Source: Chiloscyllium plagiosum (Eukaryota). From it: DNA of 64,000 bases. The notes under the pieces are model-generated. The model did no database searches. It saw only the letters and a list, made by a program, of their open reading frames with translations, and was not told the origin of the DNA. The translations under genes were made by a program, and so were the position numbers. Positions 23,035 through 35,830 of this stretch are shown here, in pieces. The number at the start of each line of letters is the position of its first letter. Position 1 is the stretch's first letter. Location: positions 28,524,483 through 28,588,482 of the forward strand of contig NC_057720.1 in assembly GCF_004010195.1 (NCBI RefSeq). Direction: 5' to 3'.

Positions 23035-24260
23035 GAAATTAGGAACTATAATGAAGCTGATTCAACATCAACATTGGAAAAAATGCTGGGATCTGTATTC
23101 TTGATAATGCACTTAGAACTTCATAGTATGATAATGTTATGGACTAGGCCAGGCCACTCAAAACATTCTTAAGCAGACAGCCTAGACCGTGACTTTGCAG
23201 TTTGTTTCGGTAAGTGTACAGTGAAAATTACACGGAGTAAGTTATCTCAGTTGACTACCAGACCAAACTTTATTCACAAAATTACGGAATGAAACACAAA
23301 GAACAGAATATAGAATACCCACAGAATTCAGTCTATCCAACCGAGACTTAATTATGCTCTTCCAAAAAATACGTGCAACAGTCCCAATAAGCAAGCCCCT
23401 TAAACACAGAGCAAAAATGAAACAAAGGCTTACAGATCAAAGTTAGAAGGGCAGAAGGAGAGGGAGTTTAGCAGCCTGTTTCACACACAGCTCCTGCTGC
23501 ACTGACTCAAACAAGACTTCAGCTTCCAGGATTGACCACACCGCATTCATGATACAGGTTGCTTCTAAAACGTGAAAGCTGTGGCCTAAAGTCTCATCTG
23601 TTTACGTATATACGAAAAGGCTCCCAACACACTTTTCAGCTCTGTACCAAACCAGCCAATTCGGAGCCCAGACTGTATTAGGACCCCTCTGAGAATAATC
23701 AAGGACACAGTATCCTTGAGAAGAATGACCAGCTTTTAGGAAAAAGACAAGCTTTGTGACAATAAGTACATATAGTTTTATGATGAAAAACTGTAGGTGA
23801 CACATTCGTTGGAGTGTTTTAAGGATGTATCTAGGACAGTAGATAAAGGGGAGTTAGTTGATAGGATTTCAAAAAGACATTGAATAGGTTGCTGAGAAAA
23901 AGAATATAAGGGCTTGTGGTTTAGTGGGTAATAAGTTAGATTGGAGAGAGGATTGATAAATGCACAGGAAGCAGAGGGTACGGACAAACCAGGCATTTCA
24001 AGTTGGCGGATACAACTGGTTGTTGCTGCAGGATCAGCACTGACTTACAATCTATATTTATGATTTAAACAAAAGATTGAATATAATTTATTTATGTTTT
24101 CTGATGGAAATTTGTTGGGAATATAAACTGCATGGAGGACAAAAAGAAGCTTCAAAAAGATATAGACAGGATATGTGAGTGGGCAACAAGCTAAGAGATC
24201 AAATATAATGTGCAGACTATTCACTTTGGTCGGAGGAAAATGAAAGTAAATTACTTACTG
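23035..24260 (+). mobile_element. Very decayed CR1 RT fragment split by a solo LTR
   Basis: GNY...TS..GKML before 23135; VDKGELVD and QKDIDR..EWA motifs after 23765. Confidence 0.6.
23135..23761 (-). mobile_element. Solo LTR (627 bp)
   Basis: Starts tgttat, ends gtgaca; 4 bp TSD ataa (23131-23134, 23762-23765); AATAAA on minus strand at ~23269-23274. Confidence 0.8.
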
Positions 24261-24484
24261 AAAGGAAACTCCAAGATTTATTCTGTATTAGAGGTGACTG
24301 GCTATTCATATCAAACTGCAATCCCTTTGCCTGTTTGAAACAAGCAAGATACACACTGACCCCAACCAGCCCATACTTGCAAACACACAACTAAATGTCC
24401 AATGTTTACATGATTTTTGCAAATGGCTATCATTTACTGGATAATCCTCAGTGTAAGAATAATTACACTGACAATAATTTAGGG

Positions 24485-24570
24485 TTGGATTAGTGGTGCT
24501 GGAAGAGCACAGCAATTCAGGCAGCATCCGAGGACAGGCAAAATCGACGTTTCGGGCAAAAGCCCTTCAG
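24485..24570 (-). mobile_element. PLE family-1 single arm (same subfamily as 3033-3584)
   Basis: tggattagtggtgctggaagagcacagc...gacgtttcgggcaaaagcccttcag. Confidence 0.85.
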
Positions 24571-24699
24571 GTTGTCATTTGGATTCATTATGTGGTGGAC
24601 TTGTGTGTGCTGAGTGTTGTATATGTATAATATATAAAATTTGTACCTGTTTAATTTCTACAGAACAATTATCACCATTTTGTATTTCATTTGACCATT

Positions 24700-24930
24700 C
24701 AGAGCCAATCTGCCTTGTTTAAAATTTGAACAAAACGTAGCCGTTAATTGTCAATTTTCATTGATGTTCTCCTTCTGGCAACAGCTCTGCCAATCAGGGT
24801 CCATTTACCAGCAATTAGCACCCTCCTTTCATAAAGTATGATGTTTGATTTCCAACTTAAATTGGTATTCTTGCAAATTGTCCTGCTGAGTGCAAGAGAA
24901 AAAGCTTTGACAAAACATTTTTTCAGCAAT
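24700..24930 (+). mobile_element. Putative third PLE-type terminal repeat with degenerate hammerhead
   Basis: ttgtc-ctgctga-gtgcaagag-aaa-aagctt-t-gacaa (24878-24913): 5 bp stem I, near-core, palindromic AAGCTT. Confidence 0.45.
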
Positions 24931-26657
24931 ACTTTTTAAAAGGAAAGAAACGTCTAAATGTTTGTTTATAAAGAGCCTGTCCACTATCAATAAGTCAGGT
25001 GAATAATGGAATATACTCAATTTTACCCAGATAAGTGCAGTTACATCAATGTTTAAGAAGTTGGATACAATCCAGGCAAAGTAGCCCACTTAATTAACAC
25101 TCCACTCACTCACTCATTCACTCAGTTAATTGAGTCTTTTGAATTGATAACTTCCTTTCTGAACTTCAACACATAGCCATAAGCTCCAGCATAATATTTA
25201 ATTCCCTCTCCTCCTCAATGTCCATTATTAGAGTTAAAATATCACTGGATCCACTTCCCTTTGGAATGTCTTTGAAGTTTAATCTTTCCCTGCGTCTTGC
25301 CCTCCACTTTAAGTCTTCTTTTGTGGCTCTTAGCCGAAAGACCAGGCATTTTATTGAGGATTACTGCAGCTTTCCGAATCTCTTGGCCATATTTCTAATT
25401 GGTGGCTAAATTGTCAAAATGATTACAATTATTGACTGTATTAGGGCTCTGAAATGGCCATTCCTGTTAGAAATTCCTGAGATGCTTTAACCAGTGTTTG
25501 TATAGAAGTAAAAAAAAGACAAGTGGCAGGATGCCATAGAATTCTATCTTTATTCTGCTTTTAATTTTTGAATTGCTGAATTATTTCAGAAGAGACTATT
25601 CTGACGATAAATGCTACTGTATGTGTGATTCCTGATTCATTAATCCAAACCAAAGAAACCATTACACACTATAGAAGCATGCTTGGATCTTCAACCTCCA
25701 GTCCCATCCTTCCCAATCAAATCTATCTGGCCACATTGCATTAACTATAGAATTTAGACATAAAACTTTTGTCCCTCTGCATTAATCCTGTTGACATTGC
25801 ATACATAGATTTTTGATAGGGTTTTTTTAAAGATGCAGTCCATAACTGAACATCATTGCAGGATTAATGGCTCCTAGGTAGAGCACAGCATCTCTAAGAT
25901 GCATAAAAACAATAACATTAATGCATGGCACAGGACTATTATTGTATGTTCAACAGTTACTACTCAGCCTGATAACGTATTTACACAGAAGCTGTCTTAA
26001 AAATGTAGTGCTAGGTTTTACTGCATTCTTTGATAACCAATAGCAAGACTCAGGTTCAAACGCAAAGCATTCCTAATTGTCACAGCAAACAGGAGTCAAT
26101 ACTTGTAATTTACCTTGGCCTGTCAGAGAGTTAAACAGTTGACATTTCGACTTTTGGGGAGTAAAAAACAAAATTCATTCCATTCACCCTTCAGACCTGA
26201 GTTGATTTCAGTGTATCTGCAAACTGCTTTATATTAAAAAGTCTTGGCATATTGCCATGGGAAATCAGAAGTGTTTATGAATAAATGGCAACCTCTATAA
26301 ATATTTTTACAACTGATATGCAGATGCGCATTATTATACTGGTTTAAATTCTCTATTGGCTTGTGTATCAACAGAATACAAATACACACTGTGAGCCAAA
26401 CTTGGAGCAGTGGGTTGACCTGTGGAACCATAGAATACTGGGAAATGAGATTGCTTAATCCAGTGGCATGATTCAATAGCTTATCTCAAAACCTGAAACA
26501 ATAGTAGCCATGTTCAAGTTGCCAGCTTCTTTTGATGCATTTTCAGAATCTAATGTTCTTGTGTAGTGAATGAATGAATACATTTAATTACATTTTATTT
26601 CTTGATCTTCTTTTCTTTCCTTTTGCAAATACTGAAGACTGTCTAATACCGGAGACT

Positions 26658-27402
26658 AGATTAGATGGTGCTGGAAAAGCACAGCAAGTCAGGCAGCATC
26701 TGAGGAGCAGGAAAATCAATGTTTCGGGCAAAAGCCCCTCATCAGGAATGAGGGAGGGAGCCTCAGGGATGGAGAGATAAATGGGAGGGGGTGGGGCTGC
26801 GGAGAAGGTAGCCAAGAGTACAATAGGTAAATGGTGGTGGGGATGAAGGGGATAGGTCAGAAAGGAGGCTGGAGCAGATAGGTGGGATGGAAAATTGGCA
26901 GGTAGGACAGCTCATGAAGATGGTGCTGAGCTGGCAGGTTGGAACTGGGGTATGGTGGGGGGGGGGCAGGAAATGAGAAAACTGGTGAAGTCCACATTGA
27001 TGCCCTGGGGTTGAAGTGTTCCAAGGTGGAGAACGAGGCTTTCTTCCTCCAGGCATCGGGTGGTGAGGGAATGGCGATGGAGGAGGCCCAGGACCAGGAC
27101 ATGCAGGCCCCCCCCATCCACTCATTATCCTCTTTCCTGCCTTCCCCCATCCTCCTCTCTGACCTATTACCTTCATCCCCATCTCCATTCACCTATTGTA
27201 CTCTTGGCTACCTTCTCCCCAGCCCCACCCCCCTCCCATTTATCTCTCCATCCTTGAGGCTCCCTGCCTCATTCCTGATTAAGGGCATTTGCCTGAAACA
27301 TCAATTTTCCCGCTCCTCAGATGCTACCTGTCCTGCTGTGCTTTTCCAGCACCACTCTAATCTAGACCCTGATCTCCAGCATCTGTAGTCCTCACTTTCA
27401 TT
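26658..27402. mobile_element. Large PLE hairpin element with GIY-YIG C-terminal coding sequence
   Basis: Inverted arms ~26658-26890 and ~27140-27365; minus strand VLGLLHRHSLTTRCLEEESLVLHLGTLQPQGINVDF; perfect TSD taataccggagact (26644-26657, 27403-27416). Confidence 0.92.
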
Positions 27403-29334
27403 TAATACCGGAGACTGCCTGATTCTCAAGTGTAACTGTGTTGGCAACAGGTTGATACCAATTTCTGATTCCAGTCCTTGTTTAGAAGATTCGAAATAGA
27501 ATTTCAATTGAAAAGACCAGCAGTGTTGGATGTGTCCAGGATCTCTCTGAAGAGAGGATTTAGTAGTAAACAGGACAAGAACAATTGTGGCAAAATATTA
27601 ACTGGAACGTTAGATGGATTGTGCTGAAGGGAAAATGGGAGCAGAGCATCAGAGCAGATAGAATTGTTAATTCATGATAGGAAATCAAGATTTAAAGTTC
27701 AAGTACAGATTCTGGTCTGTCTGAATTATGCAGCTCTGGTTTTGAACTTGAGATGCTAACTACCTATATGATGTGTTTTGCAATGATTGTTTAGGGACTT
27801 TATAAATCAAAAACATTCCAATGGATTAGCTTCTCATATGCGATCAGGAGCCTTTTATTGTTATAGGACTCATATTTAAGCAGTGTGACTGGTATTAGAA
27901 TACTCACATACTTGACTGCGAGAAAACAGCAAGATTGGGTATATGTCTGTAGAACATTGGTTCCAATCTATGAATTTATGATCCTAGTTGAGCCATCTGG
28001 TCATTTCCACCAAGGAGAACCTGGGGCAATTGGATCAGTAGGTTTAATACACTCCTTCCAACACAAATACTAACTAAAGCTCTCTGGCTCCTTGATGCCT
28101 AAGTGGATAAGCGATTCATGAGTCATACATGCCAGCAGCTTTGAGTTTAATTGAGATGGTTCGAGACACTGCTTTTGGTCTCAATGTGCTAAAGCAGCAG
28201 AATGAACAAGGAGACAAAAATTATTAGATAACCTTTCAGAAAATGTGATGTCACACATTATATTTACCACGGTCACGTGAAAAGTGACCACTTTGGGCAA
28301 GCAATGTGTGAGCTGTCATTTTAGGAACTTGGAGTCATTTGTGGCACAGAAAGAGGCTATTCGGCCTCTTGAGTCAATGTTGGCCTCCCCAGAGTTTTTC
28401 AGTCAATTCACTCCCCTGCTCAATGGCCAAGGCCTTTCCTGTAAGAGTTAATCAGATTTCCTTTTCAAATAATTGTTTCTGCTTTCTCCACCATTGTGGG
28501 TAGTGATGTCTGGGTATATTGAACAGTACGCCAACATTAGCCCCAATTTTAGGAGAGGTGAGGAGAAAAGGGGAAGCCGTTGAGGAGATGTCACCTTTGA
28601 ATGCAAAATGAGACAGAATGAAGCTGACAGGTTGACAGCAGTGATGTGTTACTTAAGAAGCTACATGAGAATGTACTGGGAGTACTTGAATGACTGGTTA
28701 GTGAAACGATTCATGGTAATGCTGTTGGACTTTGTTGGTAACCTTTTCAGTCAAAGTGATATTTGGAAACAGAGAATGTCCTATTTTACAAGTCATTTAT
28801 TTCTGAGTATGAATCAGCCTTCCTAAATTGGATAAACAATTCCTTATGCTGTTAGTTTAAAATTCATTGCAATGTGTGGAAAGAAAGTGGAATGTTTCAT
28901 CTTCAATTCTATACTGCAGTGCAAAGTGGTGTAGAGAGATCACCAAAATGAGATGGAAAATACATGTTATTTTGATGAGAAATGGTTAAAACTTAGCCAG
29001 TTCAAGCTATTTGAGTGCTTACTCAAATATTGGCAGTATGCCTTTTCTTGCTGTGGCCCCTAATGTAGAGCAAATATTTCATATACTGTATCGTATAATT
29101 GGTTCCACCAATGTATTAACTTTCTTGATATGGCAAATGTAAATGTTCAAACATTTTGACAATATACTGTTAAAGAAGACGGACAAAACATCACAGTTGT
29201 TGACATCATCCACAAGTGAGATACAATCTAATCTGGGTTCAGGAATCTGACAGCAAGCAGGTTGATATTCAACCTGTAAATCCTTCCCAAATGTCTATGG
29301 GCAGACATTAGGAGTAGGAGAATGTGCTGGTCAG

Positions 29335-29520
29335 GCAAAAGTGAGGTCTGTAGGTGCTGGAGATCACAGTCGAGAGTGTGTTGCAGTAAAAGCACAGCAG
29401 GTCAGGCAGCATCTGAGGAGCAGGAAAATGGATTTTTCAGGCCGGAGCCCTTCATCAGGAATGAGGATTCCTCCTTGGATGCTGCCTGACCTGCTGTGCT
29501 TTTCCAGCAACACACTGTCA
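29335..29520. mobile_element. PLE family-1 hairpin
   Basis: Inverted arms; perfect TSD aatgtgctggtcag (29321-29334, 29521-29534). Confidence 0.9.
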
Positions 29521-29986
29521 AATGTGCTGGTCAGCCAGGCTTGATGTAGTCTTGTAACATGATGCTATAGACTCTGGCAATGGGTTATCAATTTGTTCTG
29601 GAAGAAGTTAGCTATGAAAATAATCCTAAATATGTACTTTGTCTTCATCTGTCACTAGCCACAAGAAAGAGTGTAAGCGAAATGTCAAGCTAGGTGTTTT
29701 ATGCTATATCAATATACTGTATCGATGAGCAGGATATTTCTCAAGAAATATTTCATAAGAACATTAGAACTAGGAGCAAGAATAGTTAATTCAGACCATC
29801 AAGCCTCCTCTGCCATGCAATACAATCATGCCTGACCTCATCTCCGCCTCAACTCCATGTTCCTGCCCGGTCTCCAGAACCTTTCAACCCGTTTCTACTT
29901 AAAGATCTGTGCACCTCCTCATTAAATTTATCCTTATCTTGACATCCCCTGCATTCTGGGGTACTGAATTTCACAGATCCAAGACC

Positions 29987-30347
29987 AAGGCATCAGGATG
30001 AGTATATAAAGGAAAGATTTAGAGGGATATGGGCCAAATGCTGGCAAATGGGACGAGATTAGTTTAGGATATCTAGTTGGCATGGGTGAGTTGGAGAAAG
30101 TGAGGACTGCAGATGCTGGAGATCAGAGCTGAAAAATGTGTTGCTGGAAAAGCGCAGCAGGTCAGGCAGCATCCAAGGAGCAGGAGAATCGACGTTTTGG
30201 GCATTCCTGAAGAAGGCCTTATGCCTGAAACATCGATTGTCCTGCTCCTTGGATGCTGCCTGACCTGCTGTGCTTTTCCAGCAACACATTTTTCATGGAT
30301 GAGTTGGAACAAAGAGTCTTTTTCCGTGCTGTACATTTCTATGGCTC
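29987..30347 (+). mobile_element. CR1 3' tail inserted in the older CR1 and itself interrupted by a PLE hairpin
   Basis: gggatatgggccaaatgctggcaaatggga...ctatggctct; similar to 31060-31205. Confidence 0.8.
30096..30293. mobile_element. PLE family-1 hairpin
   Basis: Inverted arms; TSD catgg[g/a]tgagttgga (30081-30095, 30294-30308). Confidence 0.92.
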
Positions 30348-30709
30348 TTTGAGAGAAGTAATTTCTCCTCATCTCTGTTTTAACTCTGCTATCCCTTATC
30401 TTAAAATTATGACCTCTCATGCTAGATTACCCCACAAAAGGAAACATCCTTTCTACATCAACTTGGTCAATTCACTTTTGTATCTTATATACCTCAATGA
30501 GATCTTCTCTCATTCTTCTAAACTCCAGAGAGTTCTGGCCTAAACTGCTTAATCTCTATTCACAGAACAAATCCCCATCACTGAAGTCAATTTAGTGAAC
30601 CTCATTTGAACCGCCTCCAATATAAGTACATTCCTCCACAAGTAAGGGGACCAAAATGATACGCAATACTCCAGGTTCAGTCTACCTAATACTTTCTACA
30701 CTTGCAGCA

Positions 30710-31205
30710 TGATGTGAAACTTGAAAGGGTTCAGAAAAGATTTACAAGGATGTTGCCAGGGTTAGGGTGTTTGAGATTTTTGGAGAGGTTGATTAGGGCC
30801 TTTTTTCCCGGGAGTGTCGGAGACTGAGGGGTGACCTTATAGAGGTATATAAAATCATGAGGGACATAGATAGGATGAAATGTCAAGGTCTTTTCCCTGA
30901 GGTGGGGGATTCCAAAATTAGAGGGCATAGGTTTAATGTGAGAGTGGCTAGATTTATAAGGGACCTAAGGGACAACGTTTTCACACATAGGGTGGTGCCT
31001 GCATGGAACGAAAGGTCAGAAGAAATGGTGGAGGTTGATACAATTACAACACTTAAAAAGCATCTGGATGGATATATGAATAGAAAGGGTTTAGAAGGAT
31101 ATGGGCCAAATGCTGGCAAATGGGATTAGATTAATTTAGGATATCTGTTCAGCATGGACGAGTTGGACCAAAGTGTCCATGTCATACAGCTCTATGACTC
31201 TATGA
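30710..31205 (+). mobile_element. CR1-type LINE 3' fragment
   Basis: VKLERVQKRFTRMLPG, RGHRFNVR; tail ctatgactctatga. Confidence 0.88.
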
Positions 31206-33829
31206 TGCTATCTACAGGATTCCTAATATCCATTTGCTTTTTGCATCATCAAACAATTTTTGCAAATTTGTCAAACATTATTTATCCTTCATAAAACCAT
31301 GTTGACTCTGATGGATTGTATATTGACTTTCCAAATGTCTTGCTAATGCTTTTTCAATCATGGATTCCAACAAATTCCAAACAAAAGTTAAACTAACTGG
31401 TCAGTAGCTTCCTACTTTCTGCCTCCCTCACATTTTGTATAAGGATGTTGGATAAACATTTTTGCAATCCACTGGAACCTTTCCCGCATCCAGGGAATTA
31501 TAGAATATCATAAGCAATGGATCCACTATCTCTGCTGTTACTTCCTTTTAGACCCTTAGATGTAGGCTATCAGGTTCTGGGGATTGTGTGCCTTCAATTC
31601 TAACAGATTGCTTGGTACTTTTGTCTTGATGGTGATAATGATTTTTCTAAGTTCATCCCTTTGTATAATCACTACATTATCTGCTATTATTGGGATTGTT
31701 CTCGTGTCTACCACAGTGACAATTGAGGCAAAATATTGATGTAGTAACTTCAGCATTTGTGTTCCCCACAATTGATTCCCCAGTATCATCCTCCAAGGGA
31801 CCAGCATTCACTTTAGCTCTTCTCGTCCCTTGTATAACTTATACAAGATTTTGCTGTCCATTTTTGTATTTTGTAGTAGTTTTCTTTCAGAATTTACCTT
31901 TGTTCTTCTTATGACTTTTTTAGTAACCCTTGTTGATCTTTAAATGTTTCCGAACCTTCCAGCCGGTCACTTGCCTTTGCAATATGGTCCACCTTAGTTT
32001 TTGACTTTTGATTATCTTTAGCTTCCTTGCTTAGCCATTTTCTTTCAAAAGTTCTCTTTTGAACTATAAAGTCATTGCTCATTGACTCGAGCAGAATATT
32101 TCCCTCAACCGATAATTCTTAGTGATCTTCCAGCTCCGAATATTTCAGTAAAAGAGTTTTATTCCACCGTCAGAGTGTTTCTTTCTTCTCAGTTGCTTAA
32201 AAGCAATAATAATTTCTGCACAGGACATATGGAAATTTCAGGCAATCTTTTCTTTCTAAGTCTCAGAAGATTGTTAGTGTTATGTGATTGCTAATTGCTG
32301 GCTTTTATTTCAGCAGCCTCTTTAAAGTAACTAGATTTTCCAAAACCATTGCTTTTTAAAATTGTGTTCAAGCTCCCTTTGATACTCCTCTTTAAGTTTC
32401 TCCAAACTCCTGAATTTTAAAATTTGGGTCTCTACATTCTTTTGAAAAAGTCCTTGCATGTTTCCATGGCTTGCTGATAAGACTCAGTTGCTGACTTCAG
32501 CTGCCATTTGTACCTGATCCAATTTGAATTTGGGTTTGTCCTTTTCCACAGATAACTTCTTGTGAACTTATTGTGAACTGCTTGCAATTTTTGAACCACT
32601 CTAAGGCGGTTTGAAGCTTTTCTCATAATGTATCACATTCATCTGGGTGTTGTTTGCATATTACTGTAAGGATGTGCCACACCGTACGAAGAGATTGGAA
32701 GTACAATCCTCCCTGCCTGAAGCTTCACTGCTCATAAATCTGTGTTGAAGCCCAACTCTTGCCTGCATGATTGAAGATCCCTTTCTAAATCCATAATTCT
32801 AGACTTCTGAGGTATTGTGGGCCTCTTGTTGCCTGAGGAAAATGTTGATGCTTTGCTAATGTTCATTCTTCATTAAATTACTATAAGCTCCTTTGTGGCC
32901 ATTGTTCCATGTGGTGTTAGATGTCAATACTTTATGGTAGATTAGTGCAATTAGCTGTTCATTTATCAGTGGTGAGTTACCTCCACCCTTATCAAAGTTC
33001 TGTTCATCCCTAATGGTTGTTAAAGTGTAGGGGGCAGTAGTGAAAGTTCAGGATGTTGGTTTCTTTTGAATGACTTGACAGTGATGTGACCTTCAATATG
33101 GGGAAGAATGCATCTTTTTGCCTAATTCAGTGGAATAAACAAACCAATTTTCCCCTTTTCTACTTTCTTCACAAAGAGGTAATTCTTTCCAAAAGTGACA
33201 GTAGAGACCTCTCAATGATTGTTGGTCATGCCAATTGTGTCAGAAGATCAAGGAACTCCAGCTTCTACTAAATTAGCAATATAAAGGATACATCAAGAAA
33301 ATTCTTGTGTGACTGGTCACCAGTGGCATTGATATCTGTTAGCAGCCTTTGTTTTGGGAAAATAAATGATCAATATCTTCCTGTGTCCCTGGGAAATGAA
33401 GATTCTGTAGAGGAGACTGATTTAAGATGAACTGAGTCAAGTTCAGTGTCTCCTGTATCTCTGTGACTGAGTGACGTTTTGCTGATTCCTGCATGCCCTT
33501 CTGTGGGCATTTCTTGGAAACTGTCAGCATCGTGTGGGATTTGCCTCTATAGTCCAGTGCCTAGGTAGGCACTGAATTCATTTGTTCTTAGCATTGTACT
33601 GCACTTCTGAACAAATGATCTCTTGCACCTGTAGACTTGGATTCCAGTTTTGTGTGATCTGATGTTCATGTTACATAGCTCCCCCCCCCCACCCCCTCCA
33701 TTTTGCTCAATAACAATTCTTAGTGTAAAGGTACAATTAACCACAACGTAAACCCCTACCCCTCATGTCTCAGCCTTGCGTCAGTGGCACCAGTCTTCTA
33801 ATTTAAAAGGATTTGAGCACAATTTTAGC

Positions 33830-34060
33830 TGATATTTCAGTGCAAGGAATCTTATATTGTTAGATGAGAATTAAAAATGAGGTTCAACTGTTTGTTTTAG
33901 GTAGTCATTTAACATTCATTGCCTTCTTCATAGAAGCAACATTAATGAAAGACATAATTGGCCATTTGTTTCAATGCATTTGTGAAACATAGCTATTCAC
34001 ATGTACAAATCAATGTTTCACTTGCATTTCTAAAAATATTTAATTGGCTGGAATAGATCT
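33830..34060 (+). repeat. Decayed Deu-domain-like SINE
   Basis: tagatgagaattaaaaatgaggttc...; weak match to the other copies in the opposite orientation. Confidence 0.35.
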
Positions 34061-35449
34061 TGATGAAAGGTGCTGGTAATTTTTTTCTTCTGTAAATGTG
34101 ATTTCAAAATACTATCTATGCTATAAAAGAATAGTCCTTGTATAACTAATAATGGTAATGTTGAAAGATTTGATGGAGATCTGAATGCAATTGAAATATT
34201 GGAAATTTGCATCCCTAAAATACATTATCAAGCTGTGAAGATCTACAATACTGTTCTATTCACTTACCAAAGGGACAAAAAAAAGTGTACTTAATAGTTT
34301 TGTTTTTGTGTTCCACTCAGCATCTCACTGGGTCTTGGAAATCTCTCAAACTTCAAAGTAAATCCTGACTAAAAGTTCAATACTATGGAGGCCAGAAGTA
34401 GAAGATAAAAACCGAGTGTTAGAAGCACAAGCTCTGTCAGCAACTATGGAGAGAGAAGGAATGAACTGATAGAATCTTCTGCTTCTGAAGGTGGCAAGCT
34501 GGGAGACAGGAAGAGCACTTAATTATACATAGTACCAACCCAGAAAGCCTTCTCAGCTTCACTGGAATTAATTTCTTGTGGAAAGTCCCTTGATGACCCT
34601 TCCTGCCCTGTTGCCAAATGAGACCGTAAAGTGATCAATTAAGGACCTACTTAAGGTTCTCAGCCTGCTGCAATTCGGATTAACCCAATGGCAAGTGATC
34701 CTGTCACCATGTGGCACACTGTAGGTCTATATAGTTGGTTTGCCTTCTGGTTGTGGGGTCCTTGATCAAAAGCAACCAGAGCATGGTTGAAGGATGGGGC
34801 AGGGATGCACATCTCCCCACAAACCCCCATCCCAAGAAAGTCCTGTCCCTACCTACCCCATCTTATACTTCTCAAACCACTCATCTTAGTCCTTGGTCCT
34901 CCAGGACCCTGAGACTCTGTGGATGCTCTCCCTGCAACAGCCAGGGCTTTCTCCCTGAGTATAAGGGCTGCTGCCCCCTGATTACTGAGTGGGACCTCCA
35001 CCCACAGATTCTTAATTCCAAACAAAACAATGGCATCACTATTGCTGGATTGGTTGGTGTTCTCTGGAAATGGCAACATGAGTCTCTCACCAGCACTCCG
35101 CCAATTCGGAGATCCCCAACACCTCCACAAAATTTCAGCCAATATTCTGAGTGAAATATGACTCTTGAGACTTGATGTAATTCTCACAAATACTGTCAGA
35201 TTGGCTGAGTTTGTTAAAAAAAACTCTATTACGCAGGCAATGGGCCTCATTAAATTTGGGAAACCTAGTAGGCATGAACAAGTTGGACTGAAGGGTCTGT
35301 TCGGTGCTGTTTGACTCTATGACTCTAAATCCAACTATTAAGTTCAACCTGCACATTTCTGATGGCATGGCATTTTTTTGTCTTTCAAAGAATGAAGGAG
35401 AACAGGGAGGGATTCTCATGCTGTTTGTTCTGAAATATGTACTTTCTAA

Positions 35450-35830
35450 ATTATTCATGGGATGTGGGCATGACTGGCTGCCCAGCACTTATTGCCTGTC
35501 CCTCGATGCCCTTGAGAAAGTGGTGTTAAGCTGTCTTCTTGAACTGCTGCAATCTATGTGCTGTCGGTTGCCTCACAATGCTGTTATGGAGGGAATTCCA
35601 GGATTTTGACCCAGCAACAGTGAAGGAGTGGCGATATATTTCCAAGTCAGAATGGTGAGCGGTTTGGAAGGAAAATTGCAGGAGACAGTATTCCCATGTA
35701 TCTGCCTCCATTGTCATTCTAGATGGAGGTGGTTTTAGGATTGGAAGGTGTTGTCTAAGGATCTTTGGTGAACGTCTGCTGTGCATCTTGTGAATCATTA
35801 CTGCAACTGAGCATCAATGGTGGAGGAAGT
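35450..35830 (-). mobile_element. L2/CR1-superfamily LINE 3' end
   Basis: gcccttgagaaagtggtg...ggaattccaggattttgacccagc; reverse complement of the 42900-43150 and 57890-58375 copies. Confidence 0.65.

Larger units (their letters stand above)
29754..32035 (-). mobile_element. Old CR1-type LINE with nested inserts
   Basis: Tail cataagaacattagaactaggagc; RGHNFKIR..RRNYFSQR; LLHQYFASIVTV. Confidence 0.8.

Noticed and set aside
34470..35150. GC-richer blocks (also ~55730-56560 and 60000-60700) as genes or promoters
   Set aside because: They look like very old unclassified interspersed repeats; no CpG island or credible ORF, and the class could not be supported.
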